NCBI RefSeq assembly: GCF_031179985.1
Contig: NZ_JAPSHJ010000013.1
Location: forward strand, 12,710 to 76,709
Reading direction: 5' to 3'
DNA: 64,000 bases
From: Arthrobacter sp.
GTDB taxonomy: Bacteria > Actinomycetota > Actinomycetes > Actinomycetales > Micrococcaceae
The notes beneath the pieces are model-generated. The model worked only from the letters and a program-made list of their open reading frames with translations, ran no database searches and had not been told where the DNA came from. Both the position numbers and the translations under genes were made by a program. This document shows, in pieces, positions 1-10,700 of this stretch (position 1 is the first letter of the stretch; the number at the start of each line of letters is the position of its first letter).

Positions 1-447
1 CGAGCTGCGGAAGGTCACACCCTTTTTGTGGATGTTCCGGTAGAGATTGCGGTTAACCGGTTTCATGGCAGCAAGGATGTCCTTGAAATCCGGCTCCAAG
101 TCAATAATCCAACTCAGTTCAGGCTGCTGGTTCGACGGCGCCGGCTCGAGTCCACGACGCCGCAGGAGGGCGTCCGCTTCATCGGACGGAAGCCCCGCGT
201 TGACGGGCTCGATCCGGACACAGACGGCACCGCAGCGCTTGGCCAGCGCCACCAGCGAGGCCAAGGCCTTGTCGAACGACTCCAGAGAATCAGCCACCGG
301 ACCGTACGGCGTGTACAGCACCGCCCCGGCGGGATTCTTCTCTTCGATGGCCAGGAAGCTCCAGCCCGGGCCGGACTCCTCATGCACTGCCCTGCCGAGG
401 GCGCGCTGGAACCCGGCCCACGCAGCGGATTGCAGGAACGACTTCAC
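1..447 (-). CDS. FemAB/FemX-family peptidoglycan interpeptide-bridge peptidyltransferase, N-terminal part (runs off window start)
   Basis: Not in the ORF track. Manual minus-strand translation from GTG at 447 is open to base 1: (M)KSFLQSAAWAGFQRALGR...LYTPYGPV...VCVRIEP...SWIIDLEPDFKDILAAMKPVNRNLYRNIHKKGVTFRS. FLQS..W, PYGP, RIEP and IDL...ll..m....R..i.k..kkGV are FemAB-family hallmarks. Start is 2 nt after the manA stop. Confidence 0.85.
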   Translation of the reverse strand, partial: MKSFLQSAAWAGFQRALGRAVHEESGPGWSFLAIEEKNPAGAVLYTPYGPVADSLESFDKALASLVALAKRCGAVCVRIEPVNAGLPSDEADALLRRRGLEPAPSNQQPELSWIIDLEPDFKDILAAMKPVNRNLYRNIHKKGVTFRSS

Positions 448-449
448 GA

Positions 450-1700
450 TCACGCCCTCAATGCTGTGGTCACGGCAAAAGCACGGGCAGTTTCCGTCGC
501 ACCGGACACTGGATGGATGTTCACAGGCGCCTCCGCTGCGGGCACATATGCACTCCCGCCTCGGCCGAGGTGAAGATCTCCCTTGGGGGAGTCGAGCAAT
601 ACAGAGCCGGAAACTACGATGATCAGGGCCGCCCCGGACTGCGCCACCGGCACCGGCTCGGCCCCTGGAGCAAGCACGACATGCTGCAACTGGAACTCCT
701 TGAACGGCGGGCAGTACAGCTCCTGCCCCAAACCCGACACCTCGGGCGCGAGCATGGGGACCGCAACAGCCGAGAAGTCAATGGTATTGAGCAGTTCCGG
801 GACGTCAATGAATTTCGGCGTCAGGCCACCGCGGAGGACGTTGTCTGACGACGCCATGACTTCGATTCCCAACCCGTGCAGGTAGGCGTGGATGTTTCCG
901 GCAGGAAGATACATCGCCTCGCCAGGGCTGAGCGAAATGCGGTTCAGCAACAAAGAAATCAGCACACCAGGATCGCCCGGGTAATGATCGTTCAGCTCAA
1001 GGGCCGTGGTGAGTTCCTTCTCGTAGGGCTTCTGGATCAAGCCGGCTTTTACGGCGCCGACAAGATCCCCGACGGCGTCGGAAACGTCCTGGCCTCCGCT
1101 GATCAGGCGCGTAAATGCTGCCCTGAGCCCTTCAGGTTCCGGGTTCCCCTTCAAGTCCTCCATCACGAGGCCCAGAACAGCCGGAACGTCCAACGACAGT
1201 TGATCCATGGAACGCGCAACATGCTCCAGCAAAGCGAGGGTGGAGGGAATCGGACGGAATCCGCAAAGTGCCTCGAACGGCGTCAGCGCGAAGATCATTT
1301 CGGGTTTGTGGTTGTCGTCTTTATAGTTGCGTTCCACGGCATTGCGGTCCACGCCGGCAGCTTCCTCCCGGGCAAAACCTTCCCTGGCCTGCCTAAGCGT
1401 GGGATGGACCTGCAGGGACAACGGGCTGTCGGCCGCCAGCACCTTCAGGAGGAACGGCAGCCGGGGTCCAAACTCAGAAGTGCTGGCAGCGCCGAGGTGG
1501 TGCACGGGGTCGTCCGCGATGAGGGAGTCCAGCCTTTGCATACCGCCGTCGGACGTCTTCGCGACGGAAGGGGCGCCGGGGTGGGCGCCGAGCCATAGTT
1601 CGGCTTCAGGTCCGCCGGACGCCGGCCGTCCCAGAAAACCTGCTATTGCCGTCTTCGAACCCCAAGCGTAAGGGCGGAGGACATTCTCAATTTCGTACAA
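450..1700 (-). CDS. manA: Mannose-6-phosphate isomerase, class I
   Basis: YAWGS, AELWLGAH, LPFLLKVL, LSLQVHP, NYKDDNHKPE, HAYLHG, EVMASSDNVLRGGLTPK motifs. Confidence 0.97.
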   Translation of the reverse strand: MYEIENVLRPYAWGSKTAIAGFLGRPASGGPEAELWLGAHPGAPSVAKTSDGGMQRLDSLIADDPVHHLGAASTSEFGPRLPFLLKVLAADSPLSLQVHPTLRQAREGFAREEAAGVDRNAVERNYKDDNHKPEMIFALTPFEALCGFRPIPSTLALLEHVARSMDQLSLDVPAVLGLVMEDLKGNPEPEGLRAAFTRLISGGQDVSDAVGDLVGAVKAGLIQKPYEKELTTALELNDHYPGDPGVLISLLLNRISLSPGEAMYLPAGNIHAYLHGLGIEVMASSDNVLRGGLTPKFIDVPELLNTIDFSAVAVPMLAPEVSGLGQELYCPPFKEFQLQHVVLAPGAEPVPVAQSGAALIIVVSGSVLLDSPKGDLHLGRGGSAYVPAAEAPVNIHPVSGATETARAFAVTTALRA

Positions 1701-1780
1701 AACCAGAAATCCCTATCTGTTGCTGCTTCGTGATGGCTGCATCGTGTGGCCGGCTCACTGACGTCGGCGGCCGGAAGGGT

Positions 1781-3427
1781 CTACAACGGTGCGCACTGGC
1801 CGTTAGTGGCTACGAGCTCGCGGATCGACTGTTCGTCGCCGTTGCGTTTGAACTCATTCAGCAGTTCCGCTGTGATCGGTTGCCCATCGGGCGTCGTGGT
1901 CACCGGTGTGAAGTCCGACGGCGCCGGCGCGGGCTGCGTCAGGGGCACCCCGGTCAGCGGTCCCGCCGCCATGGGCTGACCGCCCGAGGCTGCCTGCCGG
2001 GCGAGAGGTTCGACCATGGTGTCGTCCAGGGCACCAGCCGTCGGGGACGCCTGGCTGCCGAGCAGTTGGCGGACTTTGTCGTGGATGATGCCAAAGTCCG
2101 GGACGGTGGAGAAGGAGGCATTAAAGTCGGGCGGGCCGATGGTCAGGCGGGCGACGTCCTGCCCCTTGGCCTTCACTGCAAGATCCACAAAGCTCCCCAG
2201 TTGGGAAGCCGAGATGTTGGAGTCCACCACCTTGGTTCCGGCCTCAGCGATGTCCTGGAATTTGGACAAGAGAGTAGCCGGGTCCAATTGCTTCAGCATG
2301 GCCTGCTGGACGCATTGTTGCCGCTGGATGCGTGAATAGTCGTCCACAAATTCCCGCGACCGGCCATACCAGAGCGCGTGGTGACCATCCAGATGCTGTT
2401 CACCTGCAGGAATCCATCCCTCAGGCATGCCATGGATCCCGTTCGCCTCGTCCACCATCAGACCGCTCATGGGAACCCACCCTCCGGCCTTGATCCTGAT
2501 GCCGCCCATGGCATCGATGAGCTTGGAGAAGCCCTCCATGTCCACGAGGACGTATGCCTGAACCTTGATGCCGAGGGAGCCCGAGACGGCTTCGAGAGTT
2601 GCCTGTGCACCTGGGTCGGCGACACCGGGATACAGATCCTGGTGTTCATTGGTGACCTCGGTGTTGATGGCGTTGATGAGGCATTCATTGCCGCAGTCAT
2701 AGCCGTCAGGGTAAATCTGGCGCATCGGTGAGTCTTCGCTGAACTGTGCATTCTGCAGGTTTCGAGGGATGGAGATAATGGCTGTCTTGCCGGTTTCGGC
2801 GTCGACGCTGATCACCGACAGGCTGTCAGGACGCCGTCCCGTGCGGTCGGCACCGGCGTCACCGCCCATCATCAAAAAGTTGTACCTGCCCTCGGAGGGT
2901 TCGATGGCGGGCCCTGTTGCGTTGAAAATACTGCCGATGGCGTTTCGGCCGATGTTCAGCAGGTAGGCAGCATAGCCCAGGGAACCGCTGCTCAGGACCA
3001 TGGCAAGTACCAACGCAACGCCGACAGCGGGCCGGACGCGGGGCTCAAGAAGGACCGGACGGATCAGCCTGAGGGTATTGACGAACAAAATGGCCCATCC
3101 CACAGCCAGGGCAACCAGGAGCAGGATGAGAATCAGGGAAGAGACCGGGTTTGTGACAATTCCAATCAACAGCGTCCGGTTCGTGGCTACCAGGACCAGC
3201 ATGAGCACAATAAGCACCCAGGCCGCCAAGGTCACACGCAAGGCACGCCGGCCAAGTCTGCGGTCACCGGCAACAATCTGCGCGCTGCCCGGTGCGAACA
3301 ATGTGAGCAGGATCAGGACGAAGGCACGCTTCGTCCTGACGGGGGCGGCCGCACTGGCGGGATGACGTACCGGGTCCGTCAGGACACCGCCTTGCTGCTC
3401 ATCCCTGTGTAGTTGGGTGTTGGACAT
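1781..3427 (-). CDS. LCP (LytR-CpsA-Psr) family glycopolymer-peptidoglycan ligase
   Basis: Three N-terminal TM helices, then NFLMMGGD..RPDSLSVISVD..ISIPRN..INAIN..VDMEGF..LIDAMGG..LWYGRSR..DDYSRIQRQQ. Start moved to ATG 3427 (MSNTQL) because the longer ORF overlaps purE. Confidence 0.93.
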   Translation of the reverse strand: MSNTQLHRDEQQGGVLTDPVRHPASAAAPVRTKRAFVLILLTLFAPGSAQIVAGDRRLGRRALRVTLAAWVLIVLMLVLVATNRTLLIGIVTNPVSSLILILLLVALAVGWAILFVNTLRLIRPVLLEPRVRPAVGVALVLAMVLSSGSLGYAAYLLNIGRNAIGSIFNATGPAIEPSEGRYNFLMMGGDAGADRTGRRPDSLSVISVDAETGKTAIISIPRNLQNAQFSEDSPMRQIYPDGYDCGNECLINAINTEVTNEHQDLYPGVADPGAQATLEAVSGSLGIKVQAYVLVDMEGFSKLIDAMGGIRIKAGGWVPMSGLMVDEANGIHGMPEGWIPAGEQHLDGHHALWYGRSREFVDDYSRIQRQQCVQQAMLKQLDPATLLSKFQDIAEAGTKVVDSNISASQLGSFVDLAVKAKGQDVARLTIGPPDFNASFSTVPDFGIIHDKVRQLLGSQASPTAGALDDTMVEPLARQAASGGQPMAAGPLTGVPLTQPAPAPSDFTPVTTTPDGQPITAELLNEFKRNGDEQSIRELVATNGQCAPL

Positions 3428-3437
3428 TTTGTGCTCC

Positions 3438-4025
3438 CTAACGGCTGCCCCGGCGGATGACGTTTTCGTCGGAGAACACTTCGCCGGCTTTCTGGCGGAG
3501 GGCCTCGCCCTTGCGGGTGGCGACGTTATTGAGTTCCTGCGCGAATTCCAGCAGCTCACTCCGGAGACGGAGCGCCAGTTCATCGGTCCCGGAGGCGAGC
3601 GTCCGAACCGCGAGCAGCCCCGCGTTGCGGGCCCCACCGATGGAGACTGTCGCGACCGGCACTCCCGCCGGCATCTGCACGATGGAAAGCAGGGAATCCA
3701 TGCCGTCAAGGGTCTTCAGGGGAACAGGAACGCCGATGACCGGCAAGGGCGTCACCGACGCCAGCATCCCGGGCAGGTGGGCGGCACCGCCTGCACCTGC
3801 GATGATGACGCGCAAGCCGCGCTCATGGGCGGTTTGGCCGTAACGGATCATTTCGAGAGGCATCCGGTGTGCCGACACAACGTCCGCTTCAAAGGGGATG
3901 CCAAACTCGGCCAAGGCATCGGCGGCAGCTTCCATGACCGGCCAGTCGGAATCGGAGCCCATGACCAGGCCAACAATGGGAACGGGCTGTGCGGTGCCGG
4001 AAGGAGCCGCAGCTTCGCTGGTCAT
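3438..4025 (-). CDS. purE: N5-carboxyaminoimidazole ribonucleotide mutase
   Basis: [48 protein letters not shown]. Confidence 0.98.
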   Translation of the reverse strand: MTSEAAAPSGTAQPVPIVGLVMGSDSDWPVMEAAADALAEFGIPFEADVVSAHRMPLEMIRYGQTAHERGLRVIIAGAGGAAHLPGMLASVTPLPVIGVPVPLKTLDGMDSLLSIVQMPAGVPVATVSIGGARNAGLLAVRTLASGTDELALRLRSELLEFAQELNNVATRKGEALRQKAGEVFSDENVIRRGSR

Positions 4026-5218
4026 GAGTTCTCCTCGGAAGTTGCAGTTGCCGTCTGGGCAGGACGCCGGCCGTCGCGGATGGTGGCGGCGACCGTCGTC
4101 GCGCGTTCCCTGAGGGACTCAACATCCGCCGCCGAGGCGCCCACCAGGTTGACATGGCCTATCTTCCTGCCCGGACGCACCGCTTTGGCGTAGCAGTGCA
4201 CCTTCGCGGCCGGCTCGACGGCGAGGGCGAGGTGATAGGCCGAATAAAGGTCCTGGTTCTCTCCGCCCAGGAAGTTTTTCATGACCGCCACGGCGCCAAG
4301 GACGTCGGTGGCCCCGAGGGGAAGGTTGAGGACCGCACGCAGGTGCTGTTCGAACTGGCTGGTCACCGAACCGTCCTGGGTCCAGTGGCCGGTGTTATGC
4401 GGGCGCATGGCCAATTCGTTGATCAGGAAACCTGCGCCTACCCCTGGCGTCTCAAACATTTCTACAGCCATAACGCCGGTCACTCCGAGCTCATTGGCGA
4501 TGCGAACCGCCGCCTCTTCGGCGGCCGCCGCCACATCGAGGGACATGCCCTGGGCTGGAGCGATAACCTCGTCACACACTCCGTCCACCTGCACCGTATG
4601 CACTACAGGCCAGGCCCGGGATTCACCATCCGGCGTCCGGGCTACGAGAGCTGAGAGTTCTCTGCTGAAATCGACCTTGGCTTCAGCCAGGAGGGGGTTC
4701 ATGGCGTCGAACCAATCGCTGGTGGCAGCAGCTTCCTCCGGTGTTGCGACAATCCGCACCCCCTTGCCGTCGTATCCGCCGCGAGGCATTTTCAGCACCA
4801 CTGGCCAGCCGGTTTTGTCGCCGAACTCAGTAAGTTCCGCAACATCGTGCACAGCCGCCCACGCCGGATTCGGGAGCTCTAAACGGTCGATGGCGGCACG
4901 CATGACCAGCTTGTCCTGGGCGTTAACCAAGGCGTCCGGTCCGGGTTGAACGTTGACTCCTGCCTCCAGGAGGGCGCGGAGATGCGCAGTGGGGACGTGC
5001 TCGTGATCGAAAGTCATAACGTCAAGGCCGCGGGAGAACTCCAAGAGGGCGTCCAGGTCCTTGTAGTCGCCGACGGGAGCGGTGGGTACCGCTGACACTG
5101 CCGAAACGTCCTCTCCTTCGGCAAGAACGCGGAGTTCGAAGCCGAGGGCGGTAGCTGCAGGGGCCATCATGCGCGCTAATTGGCCGCCGCCAACTACGCC
5201 GATTACAGGAAAAGTCAC
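4022..5218 (-). CDS. purK: 5-(carboxyamino)imidazole ribonucleotide synthase
   Basis: [53 protein letters not shown]; ATGA overlap with purE. Confidence 0.98.
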   Translation of the reverse strand: MTFPVIGVVGGGQLARMMAPAATALGFELRVLAEGEDVSAVSAVPTAPVGDYKDLDALLEFSRGLDVMTFDHEHVPTAHLRALLEAGVNVQPGPDALVNAQDKLVMRAAIDRLELPNPAWAAVHDVAELTEFGDKTGWPVVLKMPRGGYDGKGVRIVATPEEAAATSDWFDAMNPLLAEAKVDFSRELSALVARTPDGESRAWPVVHTVQVDGVCDEVIAPAQGMSLDVAAAAEEAAVRIANELGVTGVMAVEMFETPGVGAGFLINELAMRPHNTGHWTQDGSVTSQFEQHLRAVLNLPLGATDVLGAVAVMKNFLGGENQDLYSAYHLALAVEPAAKVHCYAKAVRPGRKIGHVNLVGASAADVESLRERATTVAATIRDGRRPAQTATATSEENS

Positions 5219-5400
5219 ATGTGCCAGCCTACAGAATGGGGGGCCGGTTGCGGACTTCCACCCCGCCAGGAACGTGTTTTACGCCTCATTCGTCCGCTCC
5301 CTGCGCGTAAATGGAGGATATTCGGAGTAGTCTCCCAGCCTGCCGGGCTAAAATGGACTCTCGGCCCAGTGGCCTAATGTTCATTTAGCCATGGAGGGTC

Positions 5401-5997
5401 ATGTTTTACTCAGTTGCAGAGCGTATCCGGGGGCTTGCCTCGCTCTTCTGGCGCGAGGTAGCCAAGTTCGGTGCTGTGGGCGGTGTGGCGTTTGTCATCG
5501 ACAACGGGCTGACCTATTACCTCATGCACGGTCCAATGATCGACAGCAATGCAAAGGCACGGCTGGTTGGAGCCACTGTCGCAACCATCTTCTCGTGGAT
5601 CGCGAACCGACTCTGGACATTCCGCCACCGCCGGCAGGACAACGTGACACGCGAGTTCATCATGTTCGCGCTTATCAACGGCATCGGCATCGGGATCTCC
5701 ACCGGCTTGACGGCTGCGGCACAGTACGGCCTCAACATCACCGATAAGAACCTCCTCTTCCTGGCAGGAGTCTTTGGCATTCTGGTGGCAACGGTAGTGA
5801 GATTCTTCGCTTACCGGTTCCTCGTTTTCAACAAGGAACTCGATGAAGAGCCGGAGTTCTCCCACGACCACGAGCTCATTGAACTCCACCCGCACGCCCA
5901 CGAGAAGGAAGCAGTCACTGTGCCCGGGCACGATGCCTCGGAAGCGGGGATCCAAAACGCTGTCAAGGATTCGGACGGACCAGGAAAAGCTCTCTGA
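5401..5997 (+). CDS. GtrA-family lipid-linked sugar translocase with an acidic/His-rich C-terminal tail
   Basis: EVAKFGAVGGVAFVID, NRLWTF, four TM segments, RFFAYRFLVF; RBS GGAGG upstream. Confidence 0.9.
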   Translation: MFYSVAERIRGLASLFWREVAKFGAVGGVAFVIDNGLTYYLMHGPMIDSNAKARLVGATVATIFSWIANRLWTFRHRRQDNVTREFIMFALINGIGIGISTGLTAAAQYGLNITDKNLLFLAGVFGILVATVVRFFAYRFLVFNKELDEEPEFSHDHELIELHPHAHEKEAVTVPGHDASEAGIQNAVKDSDGPGKAL

Positions 5998-6055
5998 GTA
6001 CGTCCGTCCACTGACCTGCTCTGAGAGTTGAGCGTCTGTGAGTTGAGCTGCAGTG

Positions 6056-6760
6056 TCAGCTGCCTTGCACGCGCTCGTTGGCGAGGAGCTTGTCCGTAAT
6101 CTCCACATCGGAGTGCACCAGAACGACTGACCCATCCTGCCGCCAGGCTCCCAGGGACTGCATCAGGACCTGCTCCAGCCCCTCGCCGGCCTTCACCAGG
6201 AGCCGGGCCCCGTCTTGATGACTTACGGCGAAGCCGTCAAGCAGATCAGAGTGACGGTACGTGGTTCCATCAGCGGATGTGACGGCCGGGTCCGTCGGAT
6301 CCGGGTCGGTGTGCGACATAAAAACGTCACCATGGGAGCGGACCTCGGCAGCGTAGTCAACGACGCCGGGTGGCAGTTCACCGGGCCAGCGCATGGCCAA
6401 TGCCGGCAGCGGAACCGCAATGACCGCGTCGTAGGTGGCTGAACCTCGTGGCGCTCCGGGCTCGCCGGTGACAAGAAGGTCCGCTTCGCCGTCGTCCAAT
6501 ACTGTGGTCATCCCGAGCTGCCAGGCAGCCAAGGCCAGAATGATCGATTTCCAGTGCGGGGGCAGGTCAAGCCTGAGACGGGAGCCGGGGCCGGCGTCGA
6601 GCTCGTCCTGGAGCAGATTGCTGGTTTTGGCGACCCAATTGTCCAGTACCCGGCCCGAGAGCTCCACACGTTCTGAGTCGGGTCCGTACCAGGTAAGCCG
6701 CGGTGAGGTGGAATGTCCGGAACGCAGGGCTGTCATCAGTTCAGTCGCCGGGATGCTCAT
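6056..6760 (-). CDS. TIGR03089-family protein (truncated acyl-CoA synthetase-like)
   Basis: PRLTWYGPDSERVELSGRVLDNWVAKTSNLL..LPPHW, typical whiB neighbour; start moved to MSIPA. Confidence 0.85.
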   Translation of the reverse strand: MSIPATELMTALRSGHSTSPRLTWYGPDSERVELSGRVLDNWVAKTSNLLQDELDAGPGSRLRLDLPPHWKSIILALAAWQLGMTTVLDDGEADLLVTGEPGAPRGSATYDAVIAVPLPALAMRWPGELPPGVVDYAAEVRSHGDVFMSHTDPDPTDPAVTSADGTTYRHSDLLDGFAVSHQDGARLLVKAGEGLEQVLMQSLGAWRQDGSVVLVHSDVEITDKLLANERVQGS

Positions 6761-7079
6761 GGTTCCCATCTTGCCACGAGCCCTCACGGCGCAGAACCGG
6801 GACCTCGGGCGTTGAATCGAGACCTGCTGTGGGTTTGATCGGAAGGCTTTCCGGGCCTGCCCGAACTGCTGGGAACCTGCTGTGTGATCTCCGACACGTT
6901 CAACGTTACTAACGTTGGTGGTGTTACTTGACCCAGACCGCAACTTTCCCCGGGATTTGGGTAAATGCCAAGAAAAAAAGTCAGCATGCTGTCAAAATCG
7001 TTGCTGCTACGCGGCCTTAACGGAAAATTCCCGGGCGTGGCGCGGCACCGAATCGCGCCTTGTGTTGATTATTATCCCG

Positions 7080-7117
7080 GACACCGCTTGACGCACTGCT
7101 ACTTACACACGTGTAAT
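7080..7117 (+). promoter_or_regulatory. Putative sigma-A promoter of whiB (TTGACG-N18-TGTAAT) with an upstream GACAC box and an overlapping TTACAC-N2-GTGTAA palindrome
   Basis: GACAC 7080-7084, TTGACG 7088-7093, TGTAAT 7112-7117, inverted repeat 7103-7116. Confidence 0.6.
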
Positions 7118-7206
7118 TAGTTATCGAAAGCCCTTGCGCGACTACGTGGCACACAACCGAGTGTCTCAGGATGCAGGCAAGGGCGGAAACATCAGGAAGG
7201 GACGCC

Positions 7207-7752
7207 ATGGGGCAAGCTGAGCGTATCCAGGAAGATGCCGTCGTAGCCGGTCAGGCAACGGCAAAATACCGTTCAAGGGGGGTACCAAGCGACTGGTACG
7301 TGGATCCGGCTGATCCGGATGCCGCGGAACGGTACGACCAGAGCACTAAGGATTCACTGCAGGACCAGGCCACAGCATTTCTGGCCGCACACGAGGCACT
7401 TCTGGAGGGGACCCAGGAGCAGGACGATGATCCTCTTGACCCGCCTATGGAGCTGCAGACGCTCCATTCGGGAACCACCGCCCAGCCTGTCTGGATCGGC
7501 CTCCCCTTAGAGCAAGGCTTCGACGACGAAGGCGAACTCGGATGGCAGACCGATGCGTTGTGCGCCCAAACCGATCCGGAAGCGTTCTTTCCTGAAAAGG
7601 GCGGATCAACCCGTGATGCCAAAAAGGTTTGCGGAGCATGCAATGTTCGCTCTCAATGCCTGGAATACGCGTTGGCGAACGATGAAAGGTTTGGCATCTG
7701 GGGAGGCCTCTCCGAGCGTGAGCGTCGCCGGCTGAGAAAGCGAGCGGTCTGA
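7207..7752 (+). CDS. whiB: WhiB/WhiB2 Fe-S transcriptional regulator with an acidic N-terminal extension
   Basis: CAQTDPEAFFPEKGGSTRDAKKVCGAC..C..GIWGGLSERERRRL; RBS GGAAGG before ATG 7207. Confidence 0.95.
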   Translation: MGQAERIQEDAVVAGQATAKYRSRGVPSDWYVDPADPDAAERYDQSTKDSLQDQATAFLAAHEALLEGTQEQDDDPLDPPMELQTLHSGTTAQPVWIGLPLEQGFDDEGELGWQTDALCAQTDPEAFFPEKGGSTRDAKKVCGACNVRSQCLEYALANDERFGIWGGLSERERRRLRKRAV

Positions 7753-10700
7753 TTCATCAGGACGTACTGGTCACGGCCGTTGTGGTTTCCCACAACGGCG
7801 GTGGCTATCTCCCTCGGACCTTGGCTGCGTTGACGCAGCAAACCCGGCCTGTTGATGCCTTTATTGGCGTGGACACCGGTTCCCGTGACGATTCGGCAGC
7901 GCTTCTGGAAGAAGCTTTCGGGCAGGCGAATGTTGTCTCCTTCAACGGTACAAAAACCGGTATGGGAGGAGCTATCAGGGCCGGCCTGGCTGCTAAGGCG
8001 CCGTGGAATCCGGAGAGCCAAACGGTCAACGAATGGATCTGGCTGCTTCACGACGACGCCGCACCCCATCCTGGCGCCCTTGCCGAGCTGTTGTACGCCG
8101 TCGAACGTGCGCCCTCGGTGACGGTAGCGGGGTGCAAGCAATTGGACTGGGACGCCGGGCGCCGCCTCATCGACGTCGGGCTTTCTACGAGCCGTTGGGG
8201 TGAGCGGCTGACGCTCATTGAGGTTGACGAGCTCGATCAGGGCCAGTACGACGGCAGGACCGATACTTTCGCGGTCAATTCGGCCGGCATGCTGGTGCGC
8301 CGCGATGTCTGGGAGGACCTCAAGGGCTTCGACCCGGCACTTCCGGGAACAGGCGACGACGTCGACTTCTGTTGGCGTAACAGGCTGGCAGGTCACCGGG
8401 TGGTGGTTGTGCCTTCAGCGAAGGTCTTTCATGTGTCCCACCGCCCGCATGCCTTGGGTAATGCCGCGGCGGCGAGAAAGGCACAGGTCTACCTGCGGCT
8501 CAAGCATTCACAACTGTGGAAGGTCCCGGGGCACGCCATCGGTGCATTGCTGGGCAGCCTGTTCAAGGTGGTGTTAAGCCTTGCAGTGAAGGACCCCGGT
8601 CACGGATTCTCCCAACTGCTCGCCACCCTGGTTTCGTTGAGTCGACCGGCTGCTGTACTCCGGGGCCGGCGCGAAGCTGCACGTACCAGGCGTATCCGTC
8701 GCTCCGTCATCAAGGGACTCCAGACGCCCCGCCGCGAGGTATGGTCCCACCGGCGTTCTCTCATGGAAGCGATTGGCTCCCACGATTCCGATGACTCCCT
8801 CTCCAATGATCCTTTGGACGAGCAGCCAAGTGGAGACTCCAGTGATGACTTTGCCGCTCTGACCACAACAAAACGAGGGTGGGTGGGAGCCGGCGCCCTG
8901 GCTGCGGTCATCCTGGCCGCCGTCGCTTCAGTGACGGGGCTGTTGACCCTGTTCCAGGCCGAAGCCGTTTCCGGTGGAGCCCTCCTGCCCGTTTCGTCAG
9001 GTCTTTCCGAGGTCTGGCACCACGCCTCGAGCTGGTGGATAGGACTGGGAGCCGGTATGCCCGGCCACGGTGACCCGTTCGCTTTCCTCCTGTGGGTGCT
9101 CAGCGTCCTCGGCGGTGGCAACGGCAATGTGGTTATTACCTGGCTCGTTTTCCTCGCGATGCCGCTTTCTGGCCTGGCGGCCTGGTTTGCGTCCGGGGGA
9201 TTTACAGCACGCCGAAGGATTCGATTCGTCGCGGCGCTGCTCTGGGCCGGAGCTCCGGCCGTGCAGGTTGCGCTGAACCAAGGCCGTCTGGGCGCTCTTC
9301 TGGCACACGTCATGCTGCCTTTGCTGGTCCTTGCGCTGTTGCGTGCCACAGGCACGGCAATCGGTCATGGCCGGTTCAGTCTTCCCGCAGAGGGGGAGTC
9401 GCGGTTCCGCGAAAATCCGCCCAGCAAGCCAGGAATCAACGGAACTCCCTCCTGGACCGCGGCTGCTGCAGCGGGCCTTGTTTTGGCAGTTGTAACTGCC
9501 GCTGCGCCATCCCTGTTGTTGCCTTCGTGCGCCGTGATAGTCCTGCTGGGCATCATGTTGCGCGGCCGTGGGAGAACCCTTTGGTGGACTCTGCTGCCGA
9601 GTGCTGTCCTCTTCGTTCCTTTCGGACTTTCTTTGCTGGACCGTCCGCGTGCCCTGTTGGCTGACCCGGGACTGCCCCTGGCATTTGATGCTGCCCCTTT
9701 GTGGCAGCAAGTTCTGGGACAGCCCCTGGCGTTTGACGTCTTTGGCGGACTGTCAGGCCTTCCCGTTTTTTCCGGCTACGGCGTTCCCTGGGCTCTGCTC
9801 CTGGCCATCCTTGTTGGCCTGCCCAGTTTGTTGCTGGCCGTGGCGGCCCTCTTTGTGCGCGGTCGCGGCGCTGCCACAGCCCGAACCCTGTGGGTGGCTG
9901 CGCTGATAATTCTCGCGGGAGGCTGGCTGGCTGGCAAGGTTGCCACCGGAGAGTCCACCGGCACTCTGGTGACACCCTTCACCGGCCCGTTTGTTTCTGC
10001 CGCTTCCATTGCGTTTCTGGGGGCAGCGGTTATTGGAGCGGAGAGGCTGTTGGCCGTCTCGGAACGGGTCACAGATTCGCAGGGGAGGCGTGTCGCCACC
10101 CGTTCGCTGGCCATTTTGACAGCTACTATGCTTCTCGCCGGTCCGCTTGCCGGTCTCACTGCATGGACGGCTCAAAACGTCATCCCCCAGGCCGCCGGTG
10201 AAGACGATCCTGAGCAGGGCCAGCCGCTGGGCACGCCAATGCTGATAGCGGCAACCCAACCACGGATACTGCCTGCGACTGCCATCGACCGCGGTGTGGG
10301 ACCGGAACAGACCCGGACTCTCCTGATCAGTACGCAGCAGGACGGGTCCTTCGATGCCACCCTGATGCGCGGCGCGGGGACCACCCTTGATGACCTGTCC
10401 ACCATCGCGGCCGCCCGCAACATCATGGGGGAGCCGGGGGAGGAAACAGTCAGGGACGACGACGCCGCCACAGCCTCCCTCCGTACAGCTGTAGCCACCA
10501 TAGTTGCTGCCCAGGGCGTGGACCCCCGTCCTGAGCTGGAGCAGTTGGGCGTCGGTTTTGTAGTTCTCCGTGCGGCCGACACTGCCGCGCAGCTCACGGC
10601 CAGCAGAATGGATGCCGTTCCTGGGCTTGTCACTGTAGGCCAAACGGACGTCGGCTGGCTGTGGCGGATCAGTCCGCTGAACCAGCCAGTCATCGATGCC

